Shown here: piece after piece, positions 1-9,932 of the stretch
How the letters are laid out: each line of letters begins with the position of its first letter
Position numbering within the stretch: position 1 is the stretch's first letter
Assembly (NCBI GenBank): GCA_900541045.1
Contig: UQID01000011.1
Coordinates: 2,053-66,052, forward strand
DNA: 64,000 nucleotides
Direction: 5' to 3'
Origin: an uncultured Collinsella sp.
Lineage (GTDB): Bacteria; Actinomycetota; Coriobacteriia; Coriobacteriales; Coriobacteriaceae
Notes under the pieces: model-generated
Databases searched by the model: none
What the model was told of the DNA's origin: nothing
Seen by the model: only the letters and a program-made list of their open reading frames with translations
Position numbers and translations under genes: made by a program

Positions 1-1787
1 AAGGAACGGGTCGGCCATCTTACAACGCGAGGCCGTCCTATGGCAACGACCCTGCGTCGCGTCTCCGTGGCTCGAGTGGTCCTCAAATGCATAACACCAG
101 ACCGCGCAAGAGCTCGTCGACCGAATGGCTCACGGGCACGCCGCTGCCCCGTCGCAAAGCCGTCATGGGCTTTATCGGGCTTGGCTTGGGTTTGGGCGCC
201 CTTCGCCTTGCCGACTATCAAATCGTGGAAGCCGATAAGTTGCGCGACCGCGCCGATGCACGTCGCTTGCTTGCGCAGACGCTGTATGCCAAGCGCGGTA
301 CCATCTACGACCGTAACGGCAACGTGCTGACGTCGTCGGTCGAATGCCGCAACATCGCCGTGAATCCTCAGCTTATCGAGGACGTTGACAAGACGGTGTC
401 GGCGCTGGTCAAAGCTACGGGAATCGATAAAAAGACCTGTCGCGAGCTCGTTGAGTCGGATGGCACCTGGGTGTATATCAAACGTCAGGTGGACGAGGAC
501 GATGTCGCGGCGTTGGAGAAGAAGAACCTGCCAGGCGTGCTCTTTGAGCAGGCCATGAAGCGCGTGTACCCCTACGGCAACCTGGCATCGCAGGTGCTTG
601 GCGTGGTAAACGTGGACAACGACGGTCTGACGGGCCTCGAAAAACAGTACAACAAGCTTTTGACCGGAACGAACGGTTCGCTGGTGCGCGAGCGGGCGAG
701 GGACGGTAGCTATATCGCGGGCGGCGCCTATAAGAAGGTTGCCGCGGTGGACGGCGTGGACATCGTGACGACGCTCGATGTCAATATCCAGCGTGCCGCC
801 GAGGACGCCCTGGCCGAGGCGGTCGAAAAGACCAAGGCCAAGAATGGCTCGGCCCTGGTCACCGATCCCACGACGGGCGAGATTCTGGCGGCATGCTCGT
901 ATCCGACATATGACCAGACCGATCTGGAAAACGCCAAGACCGAGGACATGAACTTGCGCCTGGTTACCGATGCCTACGAGCCCGGCTCGGTCTTTAAGAC
1001 GCTCGTGGCCGGTGCCGGCTTCGACTTGGGTGCCGTGCGTTCGAGCACGTCGTTTGAGGTGCCGGCGAGCATTAAGGTTGGCGACGACACCGTTACCGAC
1101 GCCGATAAGCGCGACTACACCATGACCATGGACGTGCGCGAGATGATGCGCCGTTCGTCCAATGTGGGCTTTGTCCTGGTGGGACGCAAGATCGGTGCAG
1201 ATGATTTTGCCACCTATGTGGACAAGTGGGGTATCGGTCATAGCTCCGGTGTCGATTTTCCGGGTGAGAGCCTGGGCATCGTCAAGGAGCGCGACCAGTA
1301 CGACGGCGCCACGCTGGGCTCGATGAGCTTTGGCCAGGCGCTGTCCGTCTCGCCGATTGAGGTCGCACGTGCCGTGGGCGGCATAGCGAACGGCGGCGTG
1401 ATGATGACGCCGCACTTCTATAAGTCCAGCAAGGGCGATGAGAAGGACTGGGGCGAAGGCGAGCGTGCGATTTCGGAGGACGCTGCCGCCCAGGTGACAT
1501 CGTGCATGCAGACGGTCGTGTCCGAAGGCACGGGCGTTGGCGGTGCGGTTGATGGCTATGACGTAGCGGGCAAGACCGGTACGGCCGAGCGCGCTGACGA
1601 GAACGGCGGTTACCTCAAGGAGAACTACATGTCGTCCTTTATGGGCTTTGCGCCGGCACAATCGCCCAAGGTGCTGTGCTATATCACACTCGATGGAACG
1701 CCGAGCGGCTCGGATGCCGCCGCGGTGCCATTCCAGTCCATTATGGCCAACGCGCTCGACGTGCTGGGTATCCCGCGCACGAAGTAG
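1..1787 (+). CDS. ftsI: Class B penicillin-binding protein (septal transpeptidase); probably 5'-truncated by the window edge
   Basis: KRGTIYDRNG, RVYPYG, active-site EPGSVFK (SxxK), SSN and KTGT motifs. The frame is open from position 3 to the ATG at 87, so the true start may lie before the window. Confidence 0.92.
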   Translation, partial: GTGRPSYNARPSYGNDPASRLRGSSGPQMHNTRPRKSSSTEWLTGTPLPRRKAVMGFIGLGLGLGALRLADYQIVEADKLRDRADARRLLAQTLYAKRGTIYDRNGNVLTSSVECRNIAVNPQLIEDVDKTVSALVKATGIDKKTCRELVESDGTWVYIKRQVDEDDVAALEKKNLPGVLFEQAMKRVYPYGNLASQVLGVVNVDNDGLTGLEKQYNKLLTGTNGSLVRERARDGSYIAGGAYKKVAAVDGVDIVTTLDVNIQRAAEDALAEAVEKTKAKNGSALVTDPTTGEILAACSYPTYDQTDLENAKTEDMNLRLVTDAYEPGSVFKTLVAGAGFDLGAVRSSTSFEVPASIKVGDDTVTDADKRDYTMTMDVREMMRRSSNVGFVLVGRKIGADDFATYVDKWGIGHSSGVDFPGESLGIVKERDQYDGATLGSMSFGQALSVSPIEVARAVGGIANGGVMMTPHFYKSSKGDEKDWGEGERAISEDAAAQVTSCMQTVVSEGTGVGGAVDGYDVAGKTGTAERADENGGYLKENYMSSFMGFAPAQSPKVLCYITLDGTPSGSDAAAVPFQSIMANALDVLGIPRTK

Positions 1788-1912
1788 GGGGTTACAATCT
1801 TGAGCGTGGTCTGCCGTTTGATCTGAAGGGTGTTCACATGCCCTGCACCACGCGCGCATGGCACTGGGATACAATACGCCGATAGCAATATTAGGTTTAC
1901 AGGGGAGCTGCA

Positions 1913-3337
1913 ATGATAGAGATCGCCGTCAACAACCTCGCGGCCTCAACGGGGGCCCGAACCGTGACGGAAGAAGTCGATCGGGTATGCCGCGGGTGCG
2001 TTATCGACTCGCGTCAGGTCGAGGAGGGGACGATCTTTGTCGCCTTCCCCGGCGAAAAGGTCGACGGCAATGATTTTGCCTCCCGTGCCATCGAGTCGGG
2101 TGCCGGTGCCGTCGTGATGACGCGCGAACCCGATGCCGAGCTGGTTTCGCTGGCGCAGGACAAGGGATGCGCCATCTTGCTGACCGACGACCCCGAGGAG
2201 TTCTTGCTGCGCCTGGCGCATGTATATCGCTTGGAGCTTGGCTGCCTGGTCGTCGGCATTACCGGTTCGATTGGCAAGACGACGACCAAGGACGTGCTCG
2301 CCGCCGTGCTCGCCAAGCGTTATCGCGTCTGGGCCACGAAGGGCAATTTCAACAACCTGATCGGCATGCCGCTCACGGTGCTTTCCGCTCCGGCCGATAC
2401 CGAGGTTCTGGTGCTCGAGATGGGCATGAACCATTTTCATGAGATTGAGCGCCTGTCCCAGTCTGCCAACCCCAATCTTGCCATCGTGAGCAAGATTGGA
2501 ACCTCCCATATCGGTATTCTGGGCAGCCGCGAGAACATCGCCCGCGCCAAGTCCGAGATTGTCCAGGGCATGTGCGTCGCCGGCGACTTCTCGCCGTTGC
2601 TGGTGTTGGGCGGCGAGGACGACTTTACGCCGTTCATTCGCGATACGTTCGCCCAGCCTGCGGGTATTGACGTGATGCTGGCCGGTGTCTCGGACGACGA
2701 CGAGGTACGCGCACGCGACATTCGCGTCGACGACGAGGGCCATCCGGTCTTTACGCTCGACTTTGGTCAGGGCGACACGGTCGATACCATGTTGGCTATT
2801 CCCGGTGTGCAGTCCGTGCCCAATGCCGTCAAGGCCGCCGCGGTCGCCTATCGTCTGGGCGTGACGCCCGAGCAGATCGATGCTGCCTTTAGGGGTCTTA
2901 CGATCACCGGCCACCGCCAGGAGATCAAGCGCGCCAAGAGCGGAGCACGCATCATCGACGACTCCTATAACGCCAGTGCCGAGTCTATGGCTGCCGGCCT
3001 CGATTTGCTGTGCTCGCTTATTTGTGACGGTTCGCGCATTGCGATCCTGGGCGAGATGGGCGAGATGGGCGACGAGGCCCCCCGCATGCATGAGCTCGTG
3101 GGCGCCTATGCCGCCGCCAAGAAGCTCGACATGCTCGCGTGCGTCGGCGGCGAGCTGGCTCAGCTCATGGCCGATGCCGCACGCATGATGGGTATGGATG
3201 AGGACCGCATCCAGGTGTTCTCCGATTATCAGCAGGTGCTCGACCGCATGGGCGGCGCGCTTGAAAATCATGATGTTGTACTGGTCAAGGGTTCCCGTTT
3301 TGTTGAGCTCGACCGCTTTGTGGAAGGTGTGTGCTAG
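1913..3337 (+). CDS. murF: UDP-N-acetylmuramoyl-tripeptide--D-Ala-D-Ala ligase
   Basis: IDSR, GITGSIGKTTTKD P-loop, NNLIGMPLT, EMGM, IIDDSYNA, LVKGSR; dcw context. Confidence 0.95.
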   Translation: MIEIAVNNLAASTGARTVTEEVDRVCRGCVIDSRQVEEGTIFVAFPGEKVDGNDFASRAIESGAGAVVMTREPDAELVSLAQDKGCAILLTDDPEEFLLRLAHVYRLELGCLVVGITGSIGKTTTKDVLAAVLAKRYRVWATKGNFNNLIGMPLTVLSAPADTEVLVLEMGMNHFHEIERLSQSANPNLAIVSKIGTSHIGILGSRENIARAKSEIVQGMCVAGDFSPLLVLGGEDDFTPFIRDTFAQPAGIDVMLAGVSDDDEVRARDIRVDDEGHPVFTLDFGQGDTVDTMLAIPGVQSVPNAVKAAAVAYRLGVTPEQIDAAFRGLTITGHRQEIKRAKSGARIIDDSYNASAESMAAGLDLLCSLICDGSRIAILGEMGEMGDEAPRMHELVGAYAAAKKLDMLACVGGELAQLMADAARMMGMDEDRIQVFSDYQQVLDRMGGALENHDVVLVKGSRFVELDRFVEGVC

Positions 3338-3340
3338 CCC

Positions 3341-4360
3341 ATGTTCGGCAATCCCTCGTATCCTACGTATCAGGCCTTTTTGGGACTTGGCATCGCTGCC
3401 GCCATTGCGTTGCTGCTTATGCCGTGGTGGATCAAGCTGCTGAAGGTCGAGGGTATCGGCCAGCAGGTTCGAGCCGACGGCCCCAAGCGTCATTTGATTA
3501 AACAGGGTACGCCTACCATGGGCGGCGTCATCATCCTTGTCGCGATCTCGCTGACCTGCCTGCTGATGGGCAAGCTCACCACCGAGCTTGTGCTCGTGCT
3601 GCTTGCAACGCTGGCCACCGGCGTTCTGGGTCTCATCGACGATCTGACCTCCGTCACGCATGGTCGCTCGCTCGGCCTGACGCCTCACGCCAAGATGATC
3701 GGTCTGACCATCATCTGCGTCACCTTTACCGTGCTCGCCGTCAATTGGTGCGGCGTCGCCCCCGAGATTCGTTTTCCCGGCGGCCTGACGATTGACCTCG
3801 GTGTTCTTTCGACCACCATCTGCGGCCTTTCGTTTCCGTGGCTCTACATTGTATTTTGCTGGCTGATGATCGCCGGTCTTTCCAATGCCGTGAACCTGAC
3901 CGATGGTCTGGACGGCCTTGCCGGCGGCACTTCCATGATCGCCATGCTCGCCATGGCCGCCATGGCGTTTTTGCACGGTGACGTGAACCTGTCCATCTTC
4001 TGCACGGCGTGCGCCGGTGCCTGCCTGGGCTTTTTGTGGTTCAATTGCTACCCGGCGAGCATCTTTATGGGCGATACCGGCTCGCTTGCCCTGGGTGCCG
4101 CTTTTGCCTGCACCTCCATCATGACCAACACCGAGGTCGTTTCCCTCATCATCGGCGGTCTGTTTATCGTCGAGACCCTGTCGGTCATGATCCAGGTCGT
4201 CTATTTCCACTTTACGCACAAGCGCGTCTTCCTTATGGCGCCCATTCATCATCATTTCGAAAAGAAGGGCTGGGCCGAGACCAAGGTCGTTATCCGTTTT
4301 TGGATTATCGCCGCGGCCTTTGGCGCCGTTGGCCTCGCCCTGTTCTTCCAGTTGGGATAG
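3341..4360 (+). CDS. mraY: Phospho-N-acetylmuramoyl-pentapeptide transferase
   Basis: KQGTPTMGG, NAVNLTDGLDGLA, IFMGDTGS, MAPIHHHFE. Confidence 0.97.
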   Translation: MFGNPSYPTYQAFLGLGIAAAIALLLMPWWIKLLKVEGIGQQVRADGPKRHLIKQGTPTMGGVIILVAISLTCLLMGKLTTELVLVLLATLATGVLGLIDDLTSVTHGRSLGLTPHAKMIGLTIICVTFTVLAVNWCGVAPEIRFPGGLTIDLGVLSTTICGLSFPWLYIVFCWLMIAGLSNAVNLTDGLDGLAGGTSMIAMLAMAAMAFLHGDVNLSIFCTACAGACLGFLWFNCYPASIFMGDTGSLALGAAFACTSIMTNTEVVSLIIGGLFIVETLSVMIQVVYFHFTHKRVFLMAPIHHHFEKKGWAETKVVIRFWIIAAAFGAVGLALFFQLG

Positions 4361-4369
4361 TGGTCTTTC

Positions 4370-5776
4370 ATGCCTCTTGCTGATGTCTTTAGCCTGCTTG
4401 TTTTGGGGCAGGGTAAATCCGGTCTCGATGTCGCCCGTTGGGCGTTGGCTCACCCCGAGCGCGTGAGCGCCACGACCGTGTATGGCGGCGGTACCTCCGA
4501 GCCCAATGACGCCACACGTGCGCTCGAGGCGCAGGGCGCGTCGTTTGTCTACGGCACCGAGCAGGTCGAGGGTGCCTATGACGTGTGCGTGACATGCCCG
4601 GGTATCTCGGAGTTTTCGGCCTTCTTTAAGGCCGGTCGTGAGCATGCCGCTCAGATTATGGGCGAGCCCGAGTTTGCCTATCGCCTGTCTCCCCAAAATT
4701 GGATCGCCATCACGGGCACCAACGGCAAGACAACTACCACGTCGCTGACCGATTATCTGCTCAAGGCCGCCGGTGAAGCCAGCGTGGCCGTCGGCAATAT
4801 CGGTGAGCCGCCGGTGAACGAGATCGACGGCCGCGCACACAATGAGTGGTTTGTGGCCGAGCTGTCGAGTTATCAGATTGCTACGACAGCCGAGCTTCAT
4901 CCTCGCGTGGCGGTGCTGCTCAACATCACGCCCGACCACCTGGGCTGGCACAAGAGCCACAAGAACTATGCGCTTGCCAAGATCAAGTTGTTCGAGAATA
5001 TGGTCGACGACGACCTCGTGGTTATCGACGTTGAGGATGCCGGCATCCATGAGTTCGATGAGTACATCTACACACCGGGTCGCCGCATCTGCAAGGTCGC
5101 TTTTGACGAGCCCGAGGGTGCAGACGCCGCCTTTGTGCGCGATGGCAAGATGGTCGTGCGCCTGAAGGGCGTCGAGACTCAGCTTGTCGCCACGTTCGAG
5201 CTCAAGATCTCGGGCCATCACAATGTCATTAATGCCCTATGTGCCGCCACGGCTGCTCTGGCCGTCGGTGCCGATCCCGAGGGCGTTTGCCGCGGTTTGG
5301 CATCGTTCCAGCCACTCGAACACCGCGTGGAACCCTGCGGCGAGATCGATGGCGTGCGCTACGTCAACGATTCCAAGGCAACGAACACCGATGCGGTCGA
5401 AAAGGCCCTGACGGCGTTTCCCGACGACGATGTGATCTTGCTGCTCGGCGGCCACGATAAGGGTACCCCGCTTGCGGACTTTGCCCGCGTCGTTATGGAC
5501 AACGTGCGCTCGGTCGTTTGCTTTGGCGATGCGCGCGAGCGCTTTACCGCCGCTATGGACGAGGCCGATGTCGATGGTGACGTGGATATCGCCCAGGCCG
5601 ATGATCTGCGCGATGCCGTTGACGTTGCCCGCTCGCTCTCGAGCCGCGGCGACGTGATCCTGCTTTCGCCCGCTTGCTCTTCGTTCGACGAGTTCTCGGG
5701 CTACGAGGAGCGCGGCCGCGTGTTTAAGGACTACGTGGCCCAGCTTGCCGCGGCAGCGAAATCGCAAACGGAATAG
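4370..5776 (+). CDS. murD: UDP-N-acetylmuramoyl-L-alanine--D-glutamate ligase
   Basis: AITGTNGKTTT, ELSSYQ, LNITPDHL, NDSKATN, LLSPACSSFDEF. Confidence 0.96.
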   Translation: MPLADVFSLLVLGQGKSGLDVARWALAHPERVSATTVYGGGTSEPNDATRALEAQGASFVYGTEQVEGAYDVCVTCPGISEFSAFFKAGREHAAQIMGEPEFAYRLSPQNWIAITGTNGKTTTTSLTDYLLKAAGEASVAVGNIGEPPVNEIDGRAHNEWFVAELSSYQIATTAELHPRVAVLLNITPDHLGWHKSHKNYALAKIKLFENMVDDDLVVIDVEDAGIHEFDEYIYTPGRRICKVAFDEPEGADAAFVRDGKMVVRLKGVETQLVATFELKISGHHNVINALCAATAALAVGADPEGVCRGLASFQPLEHRVEPCGEIDGVRYVNDSKATNTDAVEKALTAFPDDDVILLLGGHDKGTPLADFARVVMDNVRSVVCFGDARERFTAAMDEADVDGDVDIAQADDLRDAVDVARSLSSRGDVILLSPACSSFDEFSGYEERGRVFKDYVAQLAAAAKSQTE

Positions 5777-5779
5777 GGG

Positions 5780-7306
5780 TTGCCGGTGAGAGAGGAGAGC
5801 CCCCGAAGTGATATGAGGAGGCCCGACTCGGACCGTGCTTCCTCGCTGCGTAGCACGCCGCGTTCCGGACGCGGCGGGCAGACGTTCGGTGAGCGCTATA
5901 TTGCCGGCGTCCCCGCCCGCATCATGCGCCCCCGTTTGATATTTATGGCTTGCCTGTTTAGCTTAGTTTGCTTTGGCTTGCTAATGGTGTACTCGGCATC
6001 TTCGGTCGAAGCGATGCACGAGAATGGTTCGGCGACGTTTTTCCTGTTTCGACAGGCCGCGTTTGCCGGAGTTGGCGTGCTGGCCATGGTTGCCATCGTG
6101 CGCGTCTTGCCGGACAGTTGGTTTGGGGAAGACGTGCTCAGGATCTTTCTCATGGGCATGATAGGGCTACTGGTTCTGGTGTTCTTTATGGGTAGCGGCA
6201 GTCGTGGCGCCACGCGTTGGCTCAACATCGCCGGTATTCAGTTCCAGCCGTCTGAGTTTTTAAAGCCGTTCGCCATCGCGTATTCGGCCATCATGCTCGA
6301 CCGCATCTTTTCGCCCGGCGGCAACATCAACGAGTTTCTTCGCAAGATGGGTGTCTACCTGGGTATTTCGCTCTTTCTGATTTTTGTTCAGCCCGATTTT
6401 GGCACCGTTCTGATCATCTTGCTGACCCTCATGTGCATGGCGTTGTTTGCGGGATTGGACCCCAAATATATCGTTTGGACGGTCGTTGCCGGCATCGCCG
6501 TCATTGCGATCGCCCTTATCGCCGAGCCGTATCGTATGACGCGTGTCGAGGTTGCTTGGAATCCTTGGGCAGACGAATATGGTGATGGCTATCAGGCCAC
6601 ACTTGCCATTATGGCGTTTGCCTCGGGCGGCCTGTTCGGTCGCGGTATCGGTAACTCCACCATGAAGTACTCGTATTTGCCCGAGGCGCATAACGACTAC
6701 ATCTTGGCTATTATCGGCGAGGAAGTTGGCTTTATCGGAACCGTGCTGTTCTTCTTGGTGTTCGCGATGCTGATCTACTCGGCGTTTCGTATTGCCGAGC
6801 AGGCGACCGACCGTCGCGGAGCACTTATGGCATCGGGTTCCGCGGTCATCCTTGCGGTGCAGTTTTTGATCAACGCGCTGGGCATTCTCAATGTGTTTCC
6901 CATGACGGGCAAGCCTCTGCCGTTTATTAGCTACGGCGGCTCGTCGATTATTGTGTCGCTTATGCTCGCCGGTCTGATCCTGCGCGTTTCGTATGAGAGC
7001 GCCCGTCGCGATGAGTACGACCGTCGTCGCGAGAGCTTTGCCGTTATGGATGAGAGTACCGCCGGCGTGCCCCATGTGCGCGGTGAGCGATCTTCGCGTA
7101 ACGGCTTTACCGTCCTGGATGGCTCTGCGACCGAGCCGGCAGCCCGTTCACGTCAGCGAACGGCGCCGCAAGGTCGTCCACAGCGTCCTACTCATCGCAA
7201 TGCGGGCGGCGGATATAATCGAATCGATTTGAATTCGGACCCGTCGGCGCGTTTGCGCACCGATGACCAGGGGCCGCGTGTACGAAGGGATTACCATGAC
7301 CGATAA
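5780..7306 (+). CDS. ftsW: SEDS-family peptidoglycan glycosyltransferase FtsW (start uncertain; alternative starts lie just downstream)
   Basis: GATRW, FQPSEFLK, QPDFGT, LPEAHNDYI, LPFISYGGSS; located between murD and murG. Confidence 0.94.
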   Translation: MPVREESPRSDMRRPDSDRASSLRSTPRSGRGGQTFGERYIAGVPARIMRPRLIFMACLFSLVCFGLLMVYSASSVEAMHENGSATFFLFRQAAFAGVGVLAMVAIVRVLPDSWFGEDVLRIFLMGMIGLLVLVFFMGSGSRGATRWLNIAGIQFQPSEFLKPFAIAYSAIMLDRIFSPGGNINEFLRKMGVYLGISLFLIFVQPDFGTVLIILLTLMCMALFAGLDPKYIVWTVVAGIAVIAIALIAEPYRMTRVEVAWNPWADEYGDGYQATLAIMAFASGGLFGRGIGNSTMKYSYLPEAHNDYILAIIGEEVGFIGTVLFFLVFAMLIYSAFRIAEQATDRRGALMASGSAVILAVQFLINALGILNVFPMTGKPLPFISYGGSSIIVSLMLAGLILRVSYESARRDEYDRRRESFAVMDESTAGVPHVRGERSSRNGFTVLDGSATEPAARSRQRTAPQGRPQRPTHRNAGGGYNRIDLNSDPSARLRTDDQGPRVRRDYHDR

Positions 7307-8411
7307 GATGACCGTTGCTATTGCAGCCGGCGGCACGGCAGGACATATCAACCCCGCGCTCGCCTTGGCCGAGGAGCTGCGTGACCGCGGTCATCACGTT
7401 GTGTTCGTGGGCCAGTCGCGCAAACTCGAGGGTCGTCTGGTTCCCGAGGCCGGATTCGATTTTGTGCCCATCACGGTCACGGGCTTCGATCGCTCCCGTC
7501 CCTGGACGGCGCTGACCTCGCTGTGGCGCGTCAACAAGGCGAAGCGCGCGCTTGCCCGTCACTTTTCGAAGGTCGGTAAGCCCGATGCCGCTATCGGCTT
7601 TGGTGCTTACGTTGAGGTCCCTCTGCTGGGTTGGTGCAAGGGCGCCGGCGTTCCGTATCTGCTGCACGAGCAGAACTCTGTTCCGGGTCTGGCCAACAAG
7701 ATGATGAATTCACATGCCACCCGCGTGTGCATTTCGGTACCTGCGGCTCGCGCGGTCTTTGAGCGCGAGGGCGACCCCGACCATGTGCTCATGACGGGCA
7801 ATCCCGTGCGTCGTTCGGTGATCGAGGGCGATCGCGCCCGCGGTCGTAAGACGCTCGGTGTGCCCGAGGACGCGACGCTTCTGCTCGTCTTTGGTGGTTC
7901 GCTCGGTGCTCAGCATCTCAACGAGCGCGTTGCCTCGCTCAAGAGTGAGCTGCTGACCCGCGAGAATCTCTATATTTTGCATTCGACGGGTGCCGACGGC
8001 TTTGAGGAGACCGAGCGCGCTTTGGCGCTGACTCCCGAGGAGGCGAAGCGCTATCGAGTCCAGCCCTACATCGACAACATGGGCGATATGCTGGCTGCGG
8101 CCGATCTGGTGCTCTCGCGTTCCGGTGCCTCGAGCGTGGCCGAGATCGCCGCGCTTGCCGTGCCCTCGGTACTCGTGCCGTATCCGCACGCCACGGCCGA
8201 TCACCAGACCACGAATGCCCGTTACCTGGTCGATGCCGGTGCCGGCGTGCTTTGCGCCGATGCCGATATCGATGCCCCTGCCTTTGCCGATGAGCTGCTG
8301 CACCTGGTCGATGACGCTGCAGCGCGTGATGCCATGCGTCAGGCGGCGCGTGGCTTGGCCCAGGACCGTGCCGCTGCACTTTTGGCCGATGCGGTAGAGG
8401 GATTGCGTTAG
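7296..8411 (+). CDS. murG: Lipid I N-acetylglucosaminyltransferase
   Basis: AGGTAGHINPALA, HEQNSVPG, GNPVR, GGSLGA, RSGASS, DHQTTNA. Start placed at ATG 7296 after GAAGGGA. Confidence 0.96.
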   Translation: MTDKMTVAIAAGGTAGHINPALALAEELRDRGHHVVFVGQSRKLEGRLVPEAGFDFVPITVTGFDRSRPWTALTSLWRVNKAKRALARHFSKVGKPDAAIGFGAYVEVPLLGWCKGAGVPYLLHEQNSVPGLANKMMNSHATRVCISVPAARAVFEREGDPDHVLMTGNPVRRSVIEGDRARGRKTLGVPEDATLLLVFGGSLGAQHLNERVASLKSELLTRENLYILHSTGADGFEETERALALTPEEAKRYRVQPYIDNMGDMLAAADLVLSRSGASSVAEIAALAVPSVLVPYPHATADHQTTNARYLVDAGAGVLCADADIDAPAFADELLHLVDDAAARDAMRQAARGLAQDRAAALLADAVEGLR

Positions 8412-8508
8412 TTAGACGGGATATCGCCGGTCGCCCTCGCGCGGATGCGGTAGGTGCGGTACAGTTAACTGGTTACAGGCAGTGTTTACGCAAGGAGTAC
8501 ACGAGCAC

Positions 8509-9927
8509 ATGGCTGATTCCCAGACTGCAACCTCCGCGCCCGAGTTCAAGAGCGCCCACTTTATCGGTATCGGTGGCGCCGGCATGAGCGGCATCGCCCT
8601 CGTCCTGCACGAGCGCGGTTATACCGTTACCGGTTCCGACCTCAAGACGTCGCGCTATATTCGCCAGCTTACCCGCGCCGGCGTGAAGGTCCACGTGGGC
8701 CACGAGGCTGCGACGATCGACGAGGTCAAGCCCGACGTGGTCGTGGTCTCCACCGCTATTCCCGAGTCCAACCCCGAGCTCGTGCGTGCCCGCGAGCTCG
8801 GTATTCCCGTGTGGCCCCGTGCCAAGATGCTCTCGGCCCTGGGCCACGGCCACACCACCGTCGCCGTTGCCGGCACGCACGGCAAGACCACGACGTCTTC
8901 GATGTGCGCCACCATGCTCGATCGCATGGGTCTGGACCCCAGCTTTTTAATCGGCGGCATCGTCGAGGGCTACGACACCAACGGCAAGAACGGCTCGGGT
9001 GACTACTTTGTCGCCGAGGCCGACGAGTCCGACAGCTCGTTCCTGTTCCTGAACCCCAACGTGGTCATCGTGACCAACGTCGAGGCCGACCATCTCGATC
9101 ACTACTCGGGCATCGAGGAGATCGAGGCCACCTTTGCTAAGTTTATGGGGCTGGTGGGCGAGGACGGCACCGTCATCGTTTGCGGCGAGGATCCGCATCT
9201 GGTCGAGCTCGCCAAGTCGACGGGCCGTCATGTGCTTTCCTATGGCTTTGCCGAGAACAACGACATCGTCTGCGTACATCCGGATGTCAAGGGCATCCAG
9301 AGCGACTTTATCGTTCGCTTTGAGGACGGCACCGAGCACGCTGTCGAGATTAAGAGCAACCCCGGTCGTCACAACATGCTCAACGCCACGGCCGTCCTGA
9401 CCGTCGCCCATGTCCTAGGCCTCGATATCGACGCCGCCGCTAAGGCACTTTCGAGTTTTGAGGGCGTCCGCCGTCGCTTTACCCACGTGGGCGATATCGA
9501 CGGCATCACGGTGGTTGACGATTACGGCCATCATCCCACCGAGATCAAGGCGACGCTCGCTGCTGCCTCTTCGCTGGGCTACAAACATGTCGATGTCGTG
9601 TTCCAGCCGCACCGCTATTCGCGCCTGCAGGCTCTGTGCGATGACTTTGCCGATGCCTTTGCCAACGCCGATAAGCTGCTGCTGATCGATGTGTTCTCCG
9701 CCGGCGAGATGCCGATTCCGGGCGTTACCTCCAAGATGCTCGCAGACACCGTTCGCGCCAAGCACCCCGGCAAGGAGGTCGTGTACTGCTCCAGCCGTCT
9801 TGAGCTCAACCAGGAGCTTGAGAATCTCGTGGGTGAGGGCGACCTGCTGCTCACCATGGGTGCCGGCGACGTTACGACCGTCGGCCCCGAGTTCATCGAG
9901 TATCTGACTGCCAAGAAAGATGCTTAA
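8509..9927 (+). CDS. murC: UDP-N-acetylmuramate--L-alanine ligase
   Basis: HFIGIGGAGMSGIA, AGTHGKTTTS, EADESD, DDYGHHPTE, FQPHRYSR; AAGGAG upstream of ATG 8509. Confidence 0.97.
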   Translation: MADSQTATSAPEFKSAHFIGIGGAGMSGIALVLHERGYTVTGSDLKTSRYIRQLTRAGVKVHVGHEAATIDEVKPDVVVVSTAIPESNPELVRARELGIPVWPRAKMLSALGHGHTTVAVAGTHGKTTTSSMCATMLDRMGLDPSFLIGGIVEGYDTNGKNGSGDYFVAEADESDSSFLFLNPNVVIVTNVEADHLDHYSGIEEIEATFAKFMGLVGEDGTVIVCGEDPHLVELAKSTGRHVLSYGFAENNDIVCVHPDVKGIQSDFIVRFEDGTEHAVEIKSNPGRHNMLNATAVLTVAHVLGLDIDAAAKALSSFEGVRRRFTHVGDIDGITVVDDYGHHPTEIKATLAAASSLGYKHVDVVFQPHRYSRLQALCDDFADAFANADKLLLIDVFSAGEMPIPGVTSKMLADTVRAKHPGKEVVYCSSRLELNQELENLVGEGDLLLTMGAGDVTTVGPEFIEYLTAKKDA

Positions 9928-9932
9928 CCTCT

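Noticed and set aside
1946..5221. 1091-aa minus-strand ORF and other long antisense ORFs (e.g. 12224-13504, 32357-34141, 46089-47660, 61809-63854)
   Set aside because: These are shadow frames of well-supported genes on the opposite strand, expected from GC-rich codon bias; they show no motifs or RBS.
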